Shown here in pieces: positions 30,685 through 39,438 of a stretch of 64,000 nucleotides of DNA. Position 1 is the stretch's first letter; each line of letters opens with the position of its first letter. Both the position numbers and the translations under genes were made by a program. Source of the DNA: a virus (taxonomy: Duplodnaviria; Caudoviricetes); IMG/VR virus record IMGVR_UViG_3300029911_000025, positions 775 to 64,774 of that record, one strand, 5' to 3'. Below the pieces are notes generated by a model. That model saw nothing but the letters and a program-made list of their open reading frames with translations, made no database searches and had not been told where the DNA came from.

Positions 30685-31028
30685 GATGGTTCCTGACCCT
30701 CCGTACGGGAGCGCCAACCACCACACGCCTTGCGGGCCGCAAAGAACGCGTCAAATAGCTGCGGCGGCGTGATCGGTATTTCGTCGAAAGCCTCTTTGGT
30801 CATGTTGGTCTCGGCGGCGCTGCATAGCAGGAACGCCAGCGCGCCAAGGTCGTCCACTTCGCTGTCAGTAAGCGCCAGAGGTTCTTTTGGCATAACGATC
30901 CGCTCGGCCATCCCAGCATTGGACAAGCGCTGGCAAATCGGGTAGACCTTCATACTGAATTTGAATGGAAGACGCGGTACCGTGTACACGTTGTCACCGA
31001 GTTCGATGTCCCAAGTTTCTTCAGTCAC
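30648..31028 (-). CDS. Tail assembly chaperone (gpG-like)
   Basis: Lies between the major tail and tape measure genes, with a slippery site at its end. Confidence 0.7.
   Translation of the reverse strand: MTEETWDIELGDNVYTVPRLPFKFSMKVYPICQRLSNAGMAERIVMPKEPLALTDSEVDDLGALAFLLCSAAETNMTKEAFDEIPITPPQLFDAFFAARKACGGWRSRTEGQEPSGETLGTEEPPT
30678..30684 (-). other. Programmed -1 frameshift slippery site GGGGGAA
   Basis: TCG GGG GAA in the chaperone frame; the -1 frame stays open to 30421. Confidence 0.65.
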
Positions 31029-31405
31029 ATATCACCTGTTAGTTTGAGTCCTGTGCGTTGGGCGGCTTCCTTGATCATGCCGGGGCTGTCCAGCTTTTGG
31101 ACAGAAATCTTCGGTATGATAAGTTCGCTGTCAAGATAGTTTGGTCCAAGCTTGTCCAAGGTCTCTAGAAGAGCCCTTCGGTTTAGCTGGATAGCCCGGA
31201 TACCTTGATTTTCCAACGGCGGCAGGTGACGGCGAAAGCGGTATTCGCGTATCTTGCGCCCGACGAATTCCACCTCGTCCCAAACTTCCTTCTCAGAACG
31301 ACGAAACGTCGCCATGATCTTTTCAATTGATACGCCATTGGCGACATTTTGGAAGATCAGGCGACGTTCCTCGCCCCGCTTGCGGGGGTCGACCACTGCT
31401 GTCAT
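31025..31405 (-). CDS. Hypothetical protein
   Basis: RBS GGAG; inserted between the tail tube and chaperone genes. Confidence 0.6.
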   Translation of the reverse strand: MTAVVDPRKRGEERRLIFQNVANGVSIEKIMATFRRSEKEVWDEVEFVGRKIREYRFRRHLPPLENQGIRAIQLNRRALLETLDKLGPNYLDSELIIPKISVQKLDSPGMIKEAAQRTGLKLTGDM

Positions 31406-31414
31406 GACCTACTC

Positions 31415-32164
31415 CTAGGTCGCTTCGGCGAACGACAATGTGCCGAGCGTATCGGTACTGTCTGTCGAACACATGAAGTCGAACGTGGGCTTGGCGTAGT
31501 CCCCGTTCTTGTTGGCGATGGCGGCGCCCTGCGTGATACAGTTGTTGAACGTGAACACGTCCTGCTCAGTGCCATACGGCATGACCATGACGCCCTGGAA
31601 CGAACCTGCCGGACCCATCACGGTATTGTCCACCGTGATCTTCGAACCCAGTGTGGAGCTCGTATAGAGATAGCTGACCAGAACATTGAGCCCAGTATCC
31701 GCGGCCGCGAACGTATAGACGCCTGCCGCCACCGAATACTGCCCGGTCGTAGGCGAAGACGCAACCCGCGTGTAGACCTTGCCGGTTGTGTCGGTCACGC
31801 CCAGATCGGTAGTCCATGTCGCCGAGTTGGTGACGGTGACTTGGTACGGCGTGGTCGGGATGGCCCACGCTTCCTTGTCGGACTCCAAGATGGAGCCGGT
31901 GCTCTGCGCATCCGAGAACAGCAGATCGGCGAACATGCGCGAGTTGTTGGCACCGAGCGTCACCTTGCCGGTGATGGTGACTTCACCAACGGCGACGGCA
32001 ACCGGCAGGCGGTTTTCACCGAACAGCGACTTGGTGGCCGCTTTGAAATCGATGGACGAGTCCTGCATCGTTTGAAAACGCGTCGGCGTGGGGTTTGTCA
32101 CACCATTGATGCCGAAAAACCTCCCGGCGCCAAAAAGTTTCTTGCCCGTGAGGGAAGTGGTCAT
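31415..32164 (-). CDS. Major tail tube protein
   Basis: FGAG start, Thr/Ser-rich beta protein, synteny. Confidence 0.8.
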   Translation of the reverse strand: MTTSLTGKKLFGAGRFFGINGVTNPTPTRFQTMQDSSIDFKAATKSLFGENRLPVAVAVGEVTITGKVTLGANNSRMFADLLFSDAQSTGSILESDKEAWAIPTTPYQVTVTNSATWTTDLGVTDTTGKVYTRVASSPTTGQYSVAAGVYTFAAADTGLNVLVSYLYTSSTLGSKITVDNTVMGPAGSFQGVMVMPYGTEQDVFTFNNCITQGAAIANKNGDYAKPTFDFMCSTDSTDTLGTLSFAEAT

Positions 32165-32523
32165 TCTTCAGTCTCCTTGTCAGAAATTGGCGCGGGTTGC
32201 GCAGGCGGAAGAGGAAGTTCAAGTTCAAGTTGTGGGTGCGGCGGAGCCACGGCGCCGAGACGAACTCTCAGATCAGCAATGGCTGCTCTGACTTGGTTGC
32301 CCGCCGCCGTGTTATTGGCGATTGGCGCGTTGGAGAAACTGTCGCTGGCCCACGCCTCGACAATTCCATCGATTTTTGTGGGGTCTTTCAGATCGCTGAA
32401 CTTCTCACGAAGGGCGACCGTGGCGTCCCACACTTGCGCTGCCGAAGCTGCGTCAACGGCGAGCGGTGCGCAGAGCAGCTTCTCCTGCGCCCACTGCGCC
32501 ACAAGAACATTGTAGTCTGTCAT
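32161..32523 (-). CDS. Hypothetical virion-region protein
   Basis: RBS AAGGAG; coupled to the tail tube gene. Confidence 0.6.
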   Translation of the reverse strand: MTDYNVLVAQWAQEKLLCAPLAVDAASAAQVWDATVALREKFSDLKDPTKIDGIVEAWASDSFSNAPIANNTAAGNQVRAAIADLRVRLGAVAPPHPQLELELPLPPAQPAPISDKETEE

Positions 32524-32534
32524 TCATGCGCTCC

Positions 32535-33044
32535 TTAAGCGAAACGAATTTCAAACGGCACATACGCGACCGCTTGCCGGTAAAGGGGGTCGGAACTATT
32601 CTGCCCCAAGTTCTTGACGGATATACCAGAAAAGTCGGCGTGCTCAATAAGATCTCCCAACCCTAGGTTCGCGGGATAATCTGGTGTGAGTGCCGCGTTC
32701 AGCACATCCAGTATCGGGTTTAGAAGCGAAGCCGCTGGCGTACCGGGCATAGAGGTCACACCAACATGAAAGTAAACCGTGACTTTCGCAAAAGTCAGCC
32801 CAGTGCCACGGTCCACATACTCTTCAACAGCTTCGTCCATAAACAAGACGGGCTGGAGCAAGGGCGGCACGCGCTGAACTTCAATAGTCTCCCGGCTTAC
32901 GATATTGAACGGCTGCGCCGTAGTGGGCGCTCCGGGCAGTTGACCATCAATGGGTCCGCCCAAGGTCGCGCCCGGCGCCAGCAACGGCGCAAGGAAGTTA
33001 TTGAAGATCGCCCCGTAAAGGGTTTCGCGCGCGATATTGAACAT
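32535..33044 (-). CDS. Tail terminator/completion protein
   Basis: Synteny and size. Confidence 0.55.
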   Translation of the reverse strand: MFNIARETLYGAIFNNFLAPLLAPGATLGGPIDGQLPGAPTTAQPFNIVSRETIEVQRVPPLLQPVLFMDEAVEEYVDRGTGLTFAKVTVYFHVGVTSMPGTPAASLLNPILDVLNAALTPDYPANLGLGDLIEHADFSGISVKNLGQNSSDPLYRQAVAYVPFEIRFA

Positions 33045-33529
33045 TAGAGTTCCCCCGTGGCTTGCGCCACGACTTCGCGGATACCTTGATCAAAATCCCC
33101 TCGAAGATCGGCGAGGGCTTTGCTCACGTATGGACGGGCTGGAAAATTGCTACCGGGATGGTTGACGCGCTTGGCAAAAACCATGCCCGCAGGGCCTTCC
33201 CAAGCCAAAATGGACGCCGTGCGCGGCAAAATAACGTGCGGGCGGGTTTGGCCACCCTCTTCCAATATACGGGCGTATGGGACGTCCTTAACGCCCGCCA
33301 CGATGAGACCTTCGCGTTTCCACGCGTACACAGACTGAAACAGCCGCCCAGTCGAGTGAAACAGTTCAATGATATTGTGCTGTATCTCATCAGACAAGCG
33401 CACCGAGAACGCCGTAAGGAATGTGTCAAGGCTCGACTTGATATTCGGACCAATGGCCGAAAGCTTTCGGTAAGCCCCGACGGCCCTGATTTCAGTGCGG
33501 ATACTAAGTATTGTCATCTTCAGTATCAT
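33044..33529 (-). CDS. Neck/tail completion protein
   Basis: TG.L..S, YA...E.GG, V.HPG...ARPY motifs. Confidence 0.7.
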   Translation of the reverse strand: MILKMTILSIRTEIRAVGAYRKLSAIGPNIKSSLDTFLTAFSVRLSDEIQHNIIELFHSTGRLFQSVYAWKREGLIVAGVKDVPYARILEEGGQTRPHVILPRTASILAWEGPAGMVFAKRVNHPGSNFPARPYVSKALADLRGDFDQGIREVVAQATGEL

Positions 33530-33983
33530 CTATGGAGGGGAGCGGCGTTCCCTCGTTTCCGACAGGGGCGACCGGCTCGTAGTTCGTATCCATGTTCTTG
33601 TTGAAGTCTGGCGCCACGCGGTCAAGATCAAGTTCTTGCTGGACCTTATCGGCGATGGAGATGCCGCCCGCGTAAGGCATAGCGCCGCCTCGGGCTTTGC
33701 CCTGAATTTCAAGGTCGCGCGCACGACGCGCATACGCGCTCGCTTTAGACGAGAGCATTGTGCGCAAATCTTTATCGACGGTGTCCGCTTCGCGCGATAG
33801 TTTTGCTGCGAGCGCGCGACATACGTCGGCTGCCGCACCGTACGGACTTCCACGCTGAGTTAGGGCGAAGGCGATTTCCTCGTCCTGCATCTGCGGGGAA
33901 GTCTGCACAGTGTCGCCAATAAGAAAGCGAACTTGCGCCGTCTTATTGGTCGACAGCGTAGTCGGATCATACGACCAAGTCAT
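33504..33983 (-). CDS. Head-tail adaptor
   Basis: VRFLIGDT.....DEEI motif. Confidence 0.75.
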   Translation of the reverse strand: MTWSYDPTTLSTNKTAQVRFLIGDTVQTSPQMQDEEIAFALTQRGSPYGAAADVCRALAAKLSREADTVDKDLRTMLSSKASAYARRARDLEIQGKARGGAMPYAGGISIADKVQQELDLDRVAPDFNKNMDTNYEPVAPVGNEGTPLPSIDDTEDDNT

Positions 33984-33986
33984 AGT

Positions 33987-34385
33987 TTAGGCGCTCAGCA
34001 AACGATGCCAAGCCGCCGCCGTACCAACGGACGCCGCCTTGTACATGGCGAACTTACCAGCCGCCTGAGCGACGCCCGTGCCCGTGGCCACGCCGTTGAT
34101 GGTGTCGGTGCCTGAGCCGAACACTTGCATGGAGTTGGAGGCCGCGTTATTCATGACTTCCACCTCTTGACCGATGAACGACGGCACGGGGAGTTTCACC
34201 GAGTCATTTGCCGAACCGACCGTATCGACGCGGTTGAACTGCGCCGAAAGAAGAACAGCGTTGGTCTGCCCGCCGGTCGCGTAGGCCGTTATCCCGGTGG
34301 TCGTGCTGCCCGGTACAAAGATATTGCCCTTGCTGACGATGCCGCCAACCAGGATGCCGCCGAGAAAGCGTTGAAGAATGTTCAC
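33987..34385 (-). CDS. Virion structural/decoration protein
   Basis: TA.A.GGQ..A, V.LP and DTING motifs; head module. Confidence 0.6.
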   Translation of the reverse strand: MNILQRFLGGILVGGIVSKGNIFVPGSTTTGITAYATGGQTNAVLLSAQFNRVDTVGSANDSVKLPVPSFIGQEVEVMNNAASNSMQVFGSGTDTINGVATGTGVAQAAGKFAMYKAASVGTAAAWHRLLSA

Positions 34386-34810
34386 TTGGTATGCTCCTTC
34401 ATCTTAGCCTCGGCTTGTGCGCGGCTGAGGGGTTGGTCGGTGATTTGACGCCCCTTGACGATGTGGAACTTTTTGCCGGTTTCATCCGACATAAGAAAAC
34501 ACTCGCCAGTAGCGGCAGGCGGTGCGGATTTCTCCGCCAAGAGTTCGTTGAGGAGTTTGATCTCCTCATTGCGCTCTTTAATGGCTGATTTGAGTTCCCG
34601 GACTTGTTCGGAAGACGGCTCCGGGAAAAGTTCAATCAGGTTGAGGTTGATCAGCGAATGAAGGTTGGGAAGAGGAATGCTGGCGAGTTCCTCAGCCGCC
34701 AGCATATCCCCGTTCTTGACTTCACGCTCGCCGAAGGTAAACCGACGACGCACGTATGCGCCGCCAGCTTGCTCGATCTCCGACCCCGGAGTGACGGGAC
34801 GCGGAAACAT
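34382..34810 (-). CDS. Hypothetical protein downstream of the major capsid gene
   Basis: ORF directly follows the capsid gene. Confidence 0.6.
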   Translation of the reverse strand: MFPRPVTPGSEIEQAGGAYVRRRFTFGEREVKNGDMLAAEELASIPLPNLHSLINLNLIELFPEPSSEQVRELKSAIKERNEEIKLLNELLAEKSAPPAATGECFLMSDETGKKFHIVKGRQITDQPLSRAQAEAKMKEHTK

Positions 34811-34812
34811 GG

Positions 34813-35826
34813 TTAGGCCACGATCGACGTGAAGAAGTAGCCCAAGTCCGATCCAACCACCCTCATATCGAAGGCCATTTCCGCTTCACAGCGGGTGGTG
34901 GATCCCGGCTTGCCACGATTCGGCACGGGTTCGGACCAAGCGCTGACACCGTCAGCGTTGTTTCCCTCAAGCCCGGCCCATCCGAAGATGTACCCGGCGG
35001 AGGGGACCATAAGGCCCGGCTCCGGCGCACTGTGGCAAAGCAGCGCCGTTTTGCCCACGGCGAAGCTGTAGGAGCCCGTAAGACCCTCCTGTGCCGTGTT
35101 ATAGGTAGCCTTGGCCACCAACACCCGGTCCACGTCAAACGCCGCTGCCAGGAGCTCCGGCGTAATCGCCTTGGCGTCGGCCTGCATCGTGTATTTGACG
35201 CGGTCGATGACGAGGGGATGCTTCCGGAGTGCTTGGTACACCGGCCACGCGATGGTGAGCATGTTTGCCTCCTGCCCGGTGTTCTGCAGGATGGTGGTCT
35301 GACCCGCCGCCACGTCCGAGAACGGATCGGAGTTGGCGCCGTCGCTCCACTGGTAGACCTGCGAACCCGTGGGGGACGCTGCGCCAGTGATATCGGTGCC
35401 CCAGATGCTGGTCGTCAGATATTTGGAGGCAAACTGACGGTCGCGCCTGATGAGCAGCTTCTGCATCAGCATGCGCGTCACGGCGACCTCGATATCGACG
35501 GCGGGGTCGGCGTTGCGGCGCATTTGGTCACCGATGTCCTTGTGCAGCGCCCAAACGAGCGCGGCATAGGACGCCGTGGACAGGTTCAGACCGGAGCCGG
35601 CAGACTCTTGGCCATCACCGCGGAGTTGCGCTTCATCGCGGAAGAAGTCGTCCTTGTTCCAGATGTAGTACAGGTCGGACTGAAAGTCCACCGGCACGAT
35701 CGGAAACACCTTGTCAGCGATGTAGTTGGCCGCGTCCTGCATATACGCGACGGCGATGTTGGTCAGCGGCGCGTTGGTGTGGACGGAACCGGAAGTGATG
35801 GAAGCCTTGCGAAGATCGCGGGGCAT
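34813..35826 (-). CDS. Major capsid protein
   Basis: LTNIAVAY...IAD.VFP.VPV, L..HP; strong codon bias; RBS AGGAG. Confidence 0.9.
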   Translation of the reverse strand: MPRDLRKASITSGSVHTNAPLTNIAVAYMQDAANYIADKVFPIVPVDFQSDLYYIWNKDDFFRDEAQLRGDGQESAGSGLNLSTASYAALVWALHKDIGDQMRRNADPAVDIEVAVTRMLMQKLLIRRDRQFASKYLTTSIWGTDITGAASPTGSQVYQWSDGANSDPFSDVAAGQTTILQNTGQEANMLTIAWPVYQALRKHPLVIDRVKYTMQADAKAITPELLAAAFDVDRVLVAKATYNTAQEGLTGSYSFAVGKTALLCHSAPEPGLMVPSAGYIFGWAGLEGNNADGVSAWSEPVPNRGKPGSTTRCEAEMAFDMRVVGSDLGYFFTSIVA

Positions 35827-35868
35827 ATTCGTATTCTCCTTGTGAATGGGCGCTATGCCCCGTTGGGT

Positions 35869-36243
35869 TTAACCGAGCGAACCGAGATCGACGGTGGCGA
35901 CGCCGCCCGCGGAACCGGCTTCGATGGCCACGCCGACGACCGCATTGGTCGACGTCTTGGTCACGAGTTTGCCGGTTGTGGCTTCGGTCATGAGCTGATC
36001 ACCGGCTGCGAAGCCCGCCGCGCCGACTTGGGCTTGGCAAATGCCGCGTTGGACGATGATCGTGGCTTGACCAGCGGCGGGGTTGTTTTGAAGAATCCCG
36101 CAGATGGCCACGCCGCCGGTCACTTCGAGGGTGACCGTGCGCGCCGTGGTGGATTGCCTGACCGCGCAGTATTGCGCGGCGGCGAGAGTGCCGTCGGCAA
36201 TGCGATTGCCGCCGTCAGTAAGCTGAGAACCGGAAGTAGCCAT
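35869..36243 (-). CDS. Capsid decoration/cement protein
   Basis: G.LQN.P..G, GD.L....GK, G.A.EA motifs; lies upstream of the capsid gene. Confidence 0.75.
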   Translation of the reverse strand: MATSGSQLTDGGNRIADGTLAAAQYCAVRQSTTARTVTLEVTGGVAICGILQNNPAAGQATIIVQRGICQAQVGAAGFAAGDQLMTEATTGKLVTKTSTNAVVGVAIEAGSAGGVATVDLGSLG

Positions 36244-36284
36244 TTGATTTGTTCCTTGTTGATGGGATTAAGCCGCGATGGCGA

Positions 36285-37409
36285 TTAGGCCGCCGCTTCA
36301 GCCTTCATGCGCTTGACGATGTCGGCGTTCGCCGGATCGGTGTACGCCTTGGAGTACGCTTGGGCGGGCTTCAGGTTGGGATTGTTTTTCTTGACCTCCT
36401 CCACCTTGGCCAGGAGTTCGCCCTCGGCGCCGGAGGGGTTTTCGCCGTCACCGCCGAAGCTCTTGAAGAGGCCACCTTGGCGCACCTGCTCTTGGAGACC
36501 CTTGATACGCTTCTCGATTTCGAGCTGCGCCGCGGAGTCGCCCGAGTAAGCTTTGCGGAGAGTCGGGGCGAAATCGGCGCCGAAACCGATATCAGTCGAC
36601 CGCTTGGCCATGTCGGCAATCGCGGCGTCTTCCCGTGCCTTGGCCAAGTCAGCACCCTGAGCAACCAGTTTGTCGTTCTGGCTCTTCAGAACCGAGAAGA
36701 GTTCGTCGCCGACCTTGGCCTTCGCGATCACGACACCTTCCGGAGTGCGGAAAGCGGCGCCATCGGCCAGGGCCTTCTCGATGTCGGGCGCCGACTTGTT
36801 GCACTCGGCATCGCGCCCATCGCTGTCCATCGCCATGAACTTGTCCTTGGCGTCGCCGGTGAGATTGGCGGCGAATGCCTTGTGCTTGTCACTCATCTTG
36901 GCGAGGGTTTGGGCTTCAGCCAAATCGGCCTGAGCCTTGGTCAGGGCTTCAACGGACGCGGCCGACTTGGCCACGTTTTCAGCGAGTGCCTTGGTAACGT
37001 CGGCTTCCGTGGCCGTTTCCGGCAGACCGAGAACCTTTGCAAGTTCCTTCAACATAGTGTAGTTCTCCTTGGTTATGTCCCACTCCTTGGGAAGTTCCGA
37101 AGTTGCCCCCAACGCTTTTGCGCGGGAGATAATATGGGCGCGAATTGCGGCATGACTCCCGCTACCGCGCCCGATAGCGTGAATGGCGTTGTGGAGATCC
37201 TCCACATCGTTTATCGGATAAGAGCCGTCGTTCATGGCGTGGCCGTTGGCCGCCGCTGCGTCGCGCTCATCCGCTGTGAACTTTCTCTTGCAGAAATCTT
37301 CGTACGACTCGCCGCGCTTCATAATATCGGCGCTGGCGTGCTCTTGGCACGGGCGGTCGACAGCGGCCACCTTGTCAATGCGAAGTTCACGAAGTATTCG
37401 TCGTGTCAT
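36285..37409 (-). CDS. Scaffold protein with N-terminal protease-like strand (LRIDKVAAVDRP) and a small helical domain
   Basis: Ala/Lys-rich coiled coil; DGSYPI....DL.NAI...GR domain; ATGA overlap with the upstream gene. Confidence 0.75.
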   Translation of the reverse strand: MTRRILRELRIDKVAAVDRPCQEHASADIMKRGESYEDFCKRKFTADERDAAAANGHAMNDGSYPINDVEDLHNAIHAIGRGSGSHAAIRAHIISRAKALGATSELPKEWDITKENYTMLKELAKVLGLPETATEADVTKALAENVAKSAASVEALTKAQADLAEAQTLAKMSDKHKAFAANLTGDAKDKFMAMDSDGRDAECNKSAPDIEKALADGAAFRTPEGVVIAKAKVGDELFSVLKSQNDKLVAQGADLAKAREDAAIADMAKRSTDIGFGADFAPTLRKAYSGDSAAQLEIEKRIKGLQEQVRQGGLFKSFGGDGENPSGAEGELLAKVEEVKKNNPNLKPAQAYSKAYTDPANADIVKRMKAEAAA

Positions 37410-37681
37410 CTTTTCCATCCTAATTCGCGTTCAGCGCATGGTGTTTGGTCGTACGTGAACGGCTTTAGTTTCATGCGACGCTTTGGCTTTGCTTTTGGCG
37501 CGGCCGACGGCTTGCACGGTTTTCTCTTTCTTAGACGCAGAACATGCGAGGCGCGGTGGGCTACCGAAGCAGAGTTACGCGCCAAGCGCTCCGCGATTTC
37601 GTCGTAGGTCATTATCTGGTAGTTAGCACAGATGAACGCATCATCTGCAGGAGCCCAATATCTGTAGAGACGCGCCCCCAC
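37406..37681 (-). CDS. Small HTH/Myb-like protein
   Basis: W...DD.F...NY..MT..EIA.RL.R...SV..RA..L.L; GTG start assumed. Confidence 0.6.
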   Translation of the reverse strand: MGARLYRYWAPADDAFICANYQIMTYDEIAERLARNSASVAHRASHVLRLRKRKPCKPSAAPKAKPKRRMKLKPFTYDQTPCAERELGWKR

Positions 37682-37682
37682 G

Positions 37683-38630
37683 TTAGTCGTGCTCTTCGTA
37701 TGCGAGACGCTTGCCCTCGATGCTGAACCCAGTGTACTCGCCCGACTGGAACTTCGCGAGAACATCGGGCGGCGGCGCAAAGGCGCACATCAGGCCGGTC
37801 TTCTCGGTTGTGATTCCCATCGCTTTTGCGATATCTGTGGTCAGCGGAAACAGAAACGGGTAATGGCCACGGTCGGGGCCGTCGTGCATTTCATTGCCGG
37901 GCGTTGCCCCGGACTTCGTCATGTCGAAGGCCGCCTTGGTCATGACATCTTCGGGGATATGCTCTGGCACTCGCTCACCCGCGTGGGAGCCCACAGTATC
38001 GACGTTCAAGTCGTAGTAATCTTCGCCTTTGACCTTACAGACGACTGCCCAGCCAAACACAAGGCCGAGGCTCTTGTCGATTTTGGCCACGCGAAAACTC
38101 GGGTTCATCGGCGTCGTTGTTTCTGCCGACATGGACTCTGTCTCATCCTCGTTGCCAAGCGCCGTGGGGGTGTGAACGCTGGAAGCTGTGATATCTTTGC
38201 GCAAGCCCTTATCCTTCGCCCAGTTCTCATTCAGCGGCTGGTGAACCTCAGGCCCAAACTTCAGAGGAAAATCTGGTGGCGTCAACCGTGTCGGGTCAGG
38301 GTCTGAACTATCGTAACTAAGTGTGACGTGCGGATGATACCCATCGAAATCGTGGCTTGCCCCCGCCGCCATAGCCTGCGTATGCCGCGCTTGAAACGCG
38401 TCAGACGCAAAACTTAGGACCAGCGCTCCTTTGTCGCCCAGCATTTGGACTTTGCGCTTGACAATGACTGTGTCATCTTTGGGCGTAAAGTCTGTTACAG
38501 GCGCTCGCGAATAAACTTGTGTGACGTGCATCTCTTCAGGCGGTACGACGTTCTTGATACCACGCGCCACGGCCCAGTTATAGAGTTGCTCCGCATTGAG
38601 CAAAGGCCGGTAGACGTAGAGATTATCCAC
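37683..38630 (-). CDS. Fusion of an Acb1-like 2H phosphodiesterase and an XkdF-like prohead serine protease
   Basis: N-terminal half has two HxT motifs (MHVTQVYS, PHVTLSY); C-terminal half has LVFGWA, EMH and G.YTGFSIEG. Confidence 0.8.
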   Translation of the reverse strand: MDNLYVYRPLLNAEQLYNWAVARGIKNVVPPEEMHVTQVYSRAPVTDFTPKDDTVIVKRKVQMLGDKGALVLSFASDAFQARHTQAMAAGASHDFDGYHPHVTLSYDSSDPDPTRLTPPDFPLKFGPEVHQPLNENWAKDKGLRKDITASSVHTPTALGNEDETESMSAETTTPMNPSFRVAKIDKSLGLVFGWAVVCKVKGEDYYDLNVDTVGSHAGERVPEHIPEDVMTKAAFDMTKSGATPGNEMHDGPDRGHYPFLFPLTTDIAKAMGITTEKTGLMCAFAPPPDVLAKFQSGEYTGFSIEGKRLAYEEHD

Positions 38631-38780
38631 GATTGCGCTCCAGTGCCTCTGCGATGCGGTTCATCGTGTTCAAAAAGATGCCTACAAGACCCAGCGCGAT
38701 GCTCGCCGCATTTTTCTCATCGTCGATGGCAATGGCGCGCTGAAGTTTCATGAGTTCATTGTTGATGTGGTGTTCGTCGC

Positions 38781-39131
38781 TCACCGCCAAGCCACCGTCA
38801 CATCGGCCGCCGTGCCGGTTGCGGTCAGAACAGTGATGCCAAGCTTGGCCGTCACGTTGTATGTGTAGCAGCCGAGTGACGTAGTGTCCAACGTGGCAAT
38901 CACTGTGCCGCTGGCAGCGCTGGCGTTATCGTACACGGCGAGCACGTTGGCGCTGGCGCCCTTGGTGTTCACACAGATTGTGCCCAGTACGCCGGGACGG
39001 TTATCGACGACCGTGGTGGCGTTCGTGGAAATATGCGCGTAGTTATAGGTCGGAACCGAGGGACTGGGAAGCGCCAGCGCGGAAGAAGCCGCGCAGAAGA
39101 GCGCGGCGGCAAGAGCGAATTTGCGAAACAT
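38781..39131 (-). CDS. Small beta protein with signal peptide
   Basis: MFRKFALAAALFCAASSALA signal sequence. Confidence 0.65.
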   Translation of the reverse strand: MFRKFALAAALFCAASSALALPSPSVPTYNYAHISTNATTVVDNRPGVLGTICVNTKGASANVLAVYDNASAASGTVIATLDTTSLGCYTYNVTAKLGITVLTATGTAADVTVAWR

Positions 39132-39132
39132 A

Positions 39133-39438
39133 TTATCTGTCCTGTATGAGAATGGAGACCATGTCTTCAAACGTGCGCCCACCAGCCGTGATGATCTGGA
39201 TGAGCATGGTATATCTGTTACCAAGAGTGCCGCCTTCTAGCCAAGTAACCGTTCCTTGGTTTGTAAGCGCGCCCTGCACCGGGCCAACGCCGTGCGAAAT
39301 AATCACCAGCGCAGTATCCGGCCAATCTTGGGGTGAGAGTGTTGTTGACGCAATGGTGTCGGTCCCGAGCCCGCGTGTCGTCCAATTATACCCGTAATCC
39401 AAAACTTCGCCGGGTTCTTTGAAAGGCCATGCGCTCAT
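39133..39438 (-). CDS. Fiber/adaptor-like virion protein
   Basis: K.P.E.LDY...W, WL.GG..G..Y, T..GRT motifs. Confidence 0.7.
   Translation of the reverse strand: MSAWPFKEPGEVLDYGYNWTTRGLGTDTIASTTLSPQDWPDTALVIISHGVGPVQGALTNQGTVTWLEGGTLGNRYTMLIQIITAGGRTFEDMVSILIQDR

Noticed and set aside
35032-37607. Long + strand ORFs (418 and 452 aa; also 31349-32515, 42817-43728 and 51420-52343)
   Set aside because: Antisense shadows of GC3-biased real genes, with no RBS or motifs.
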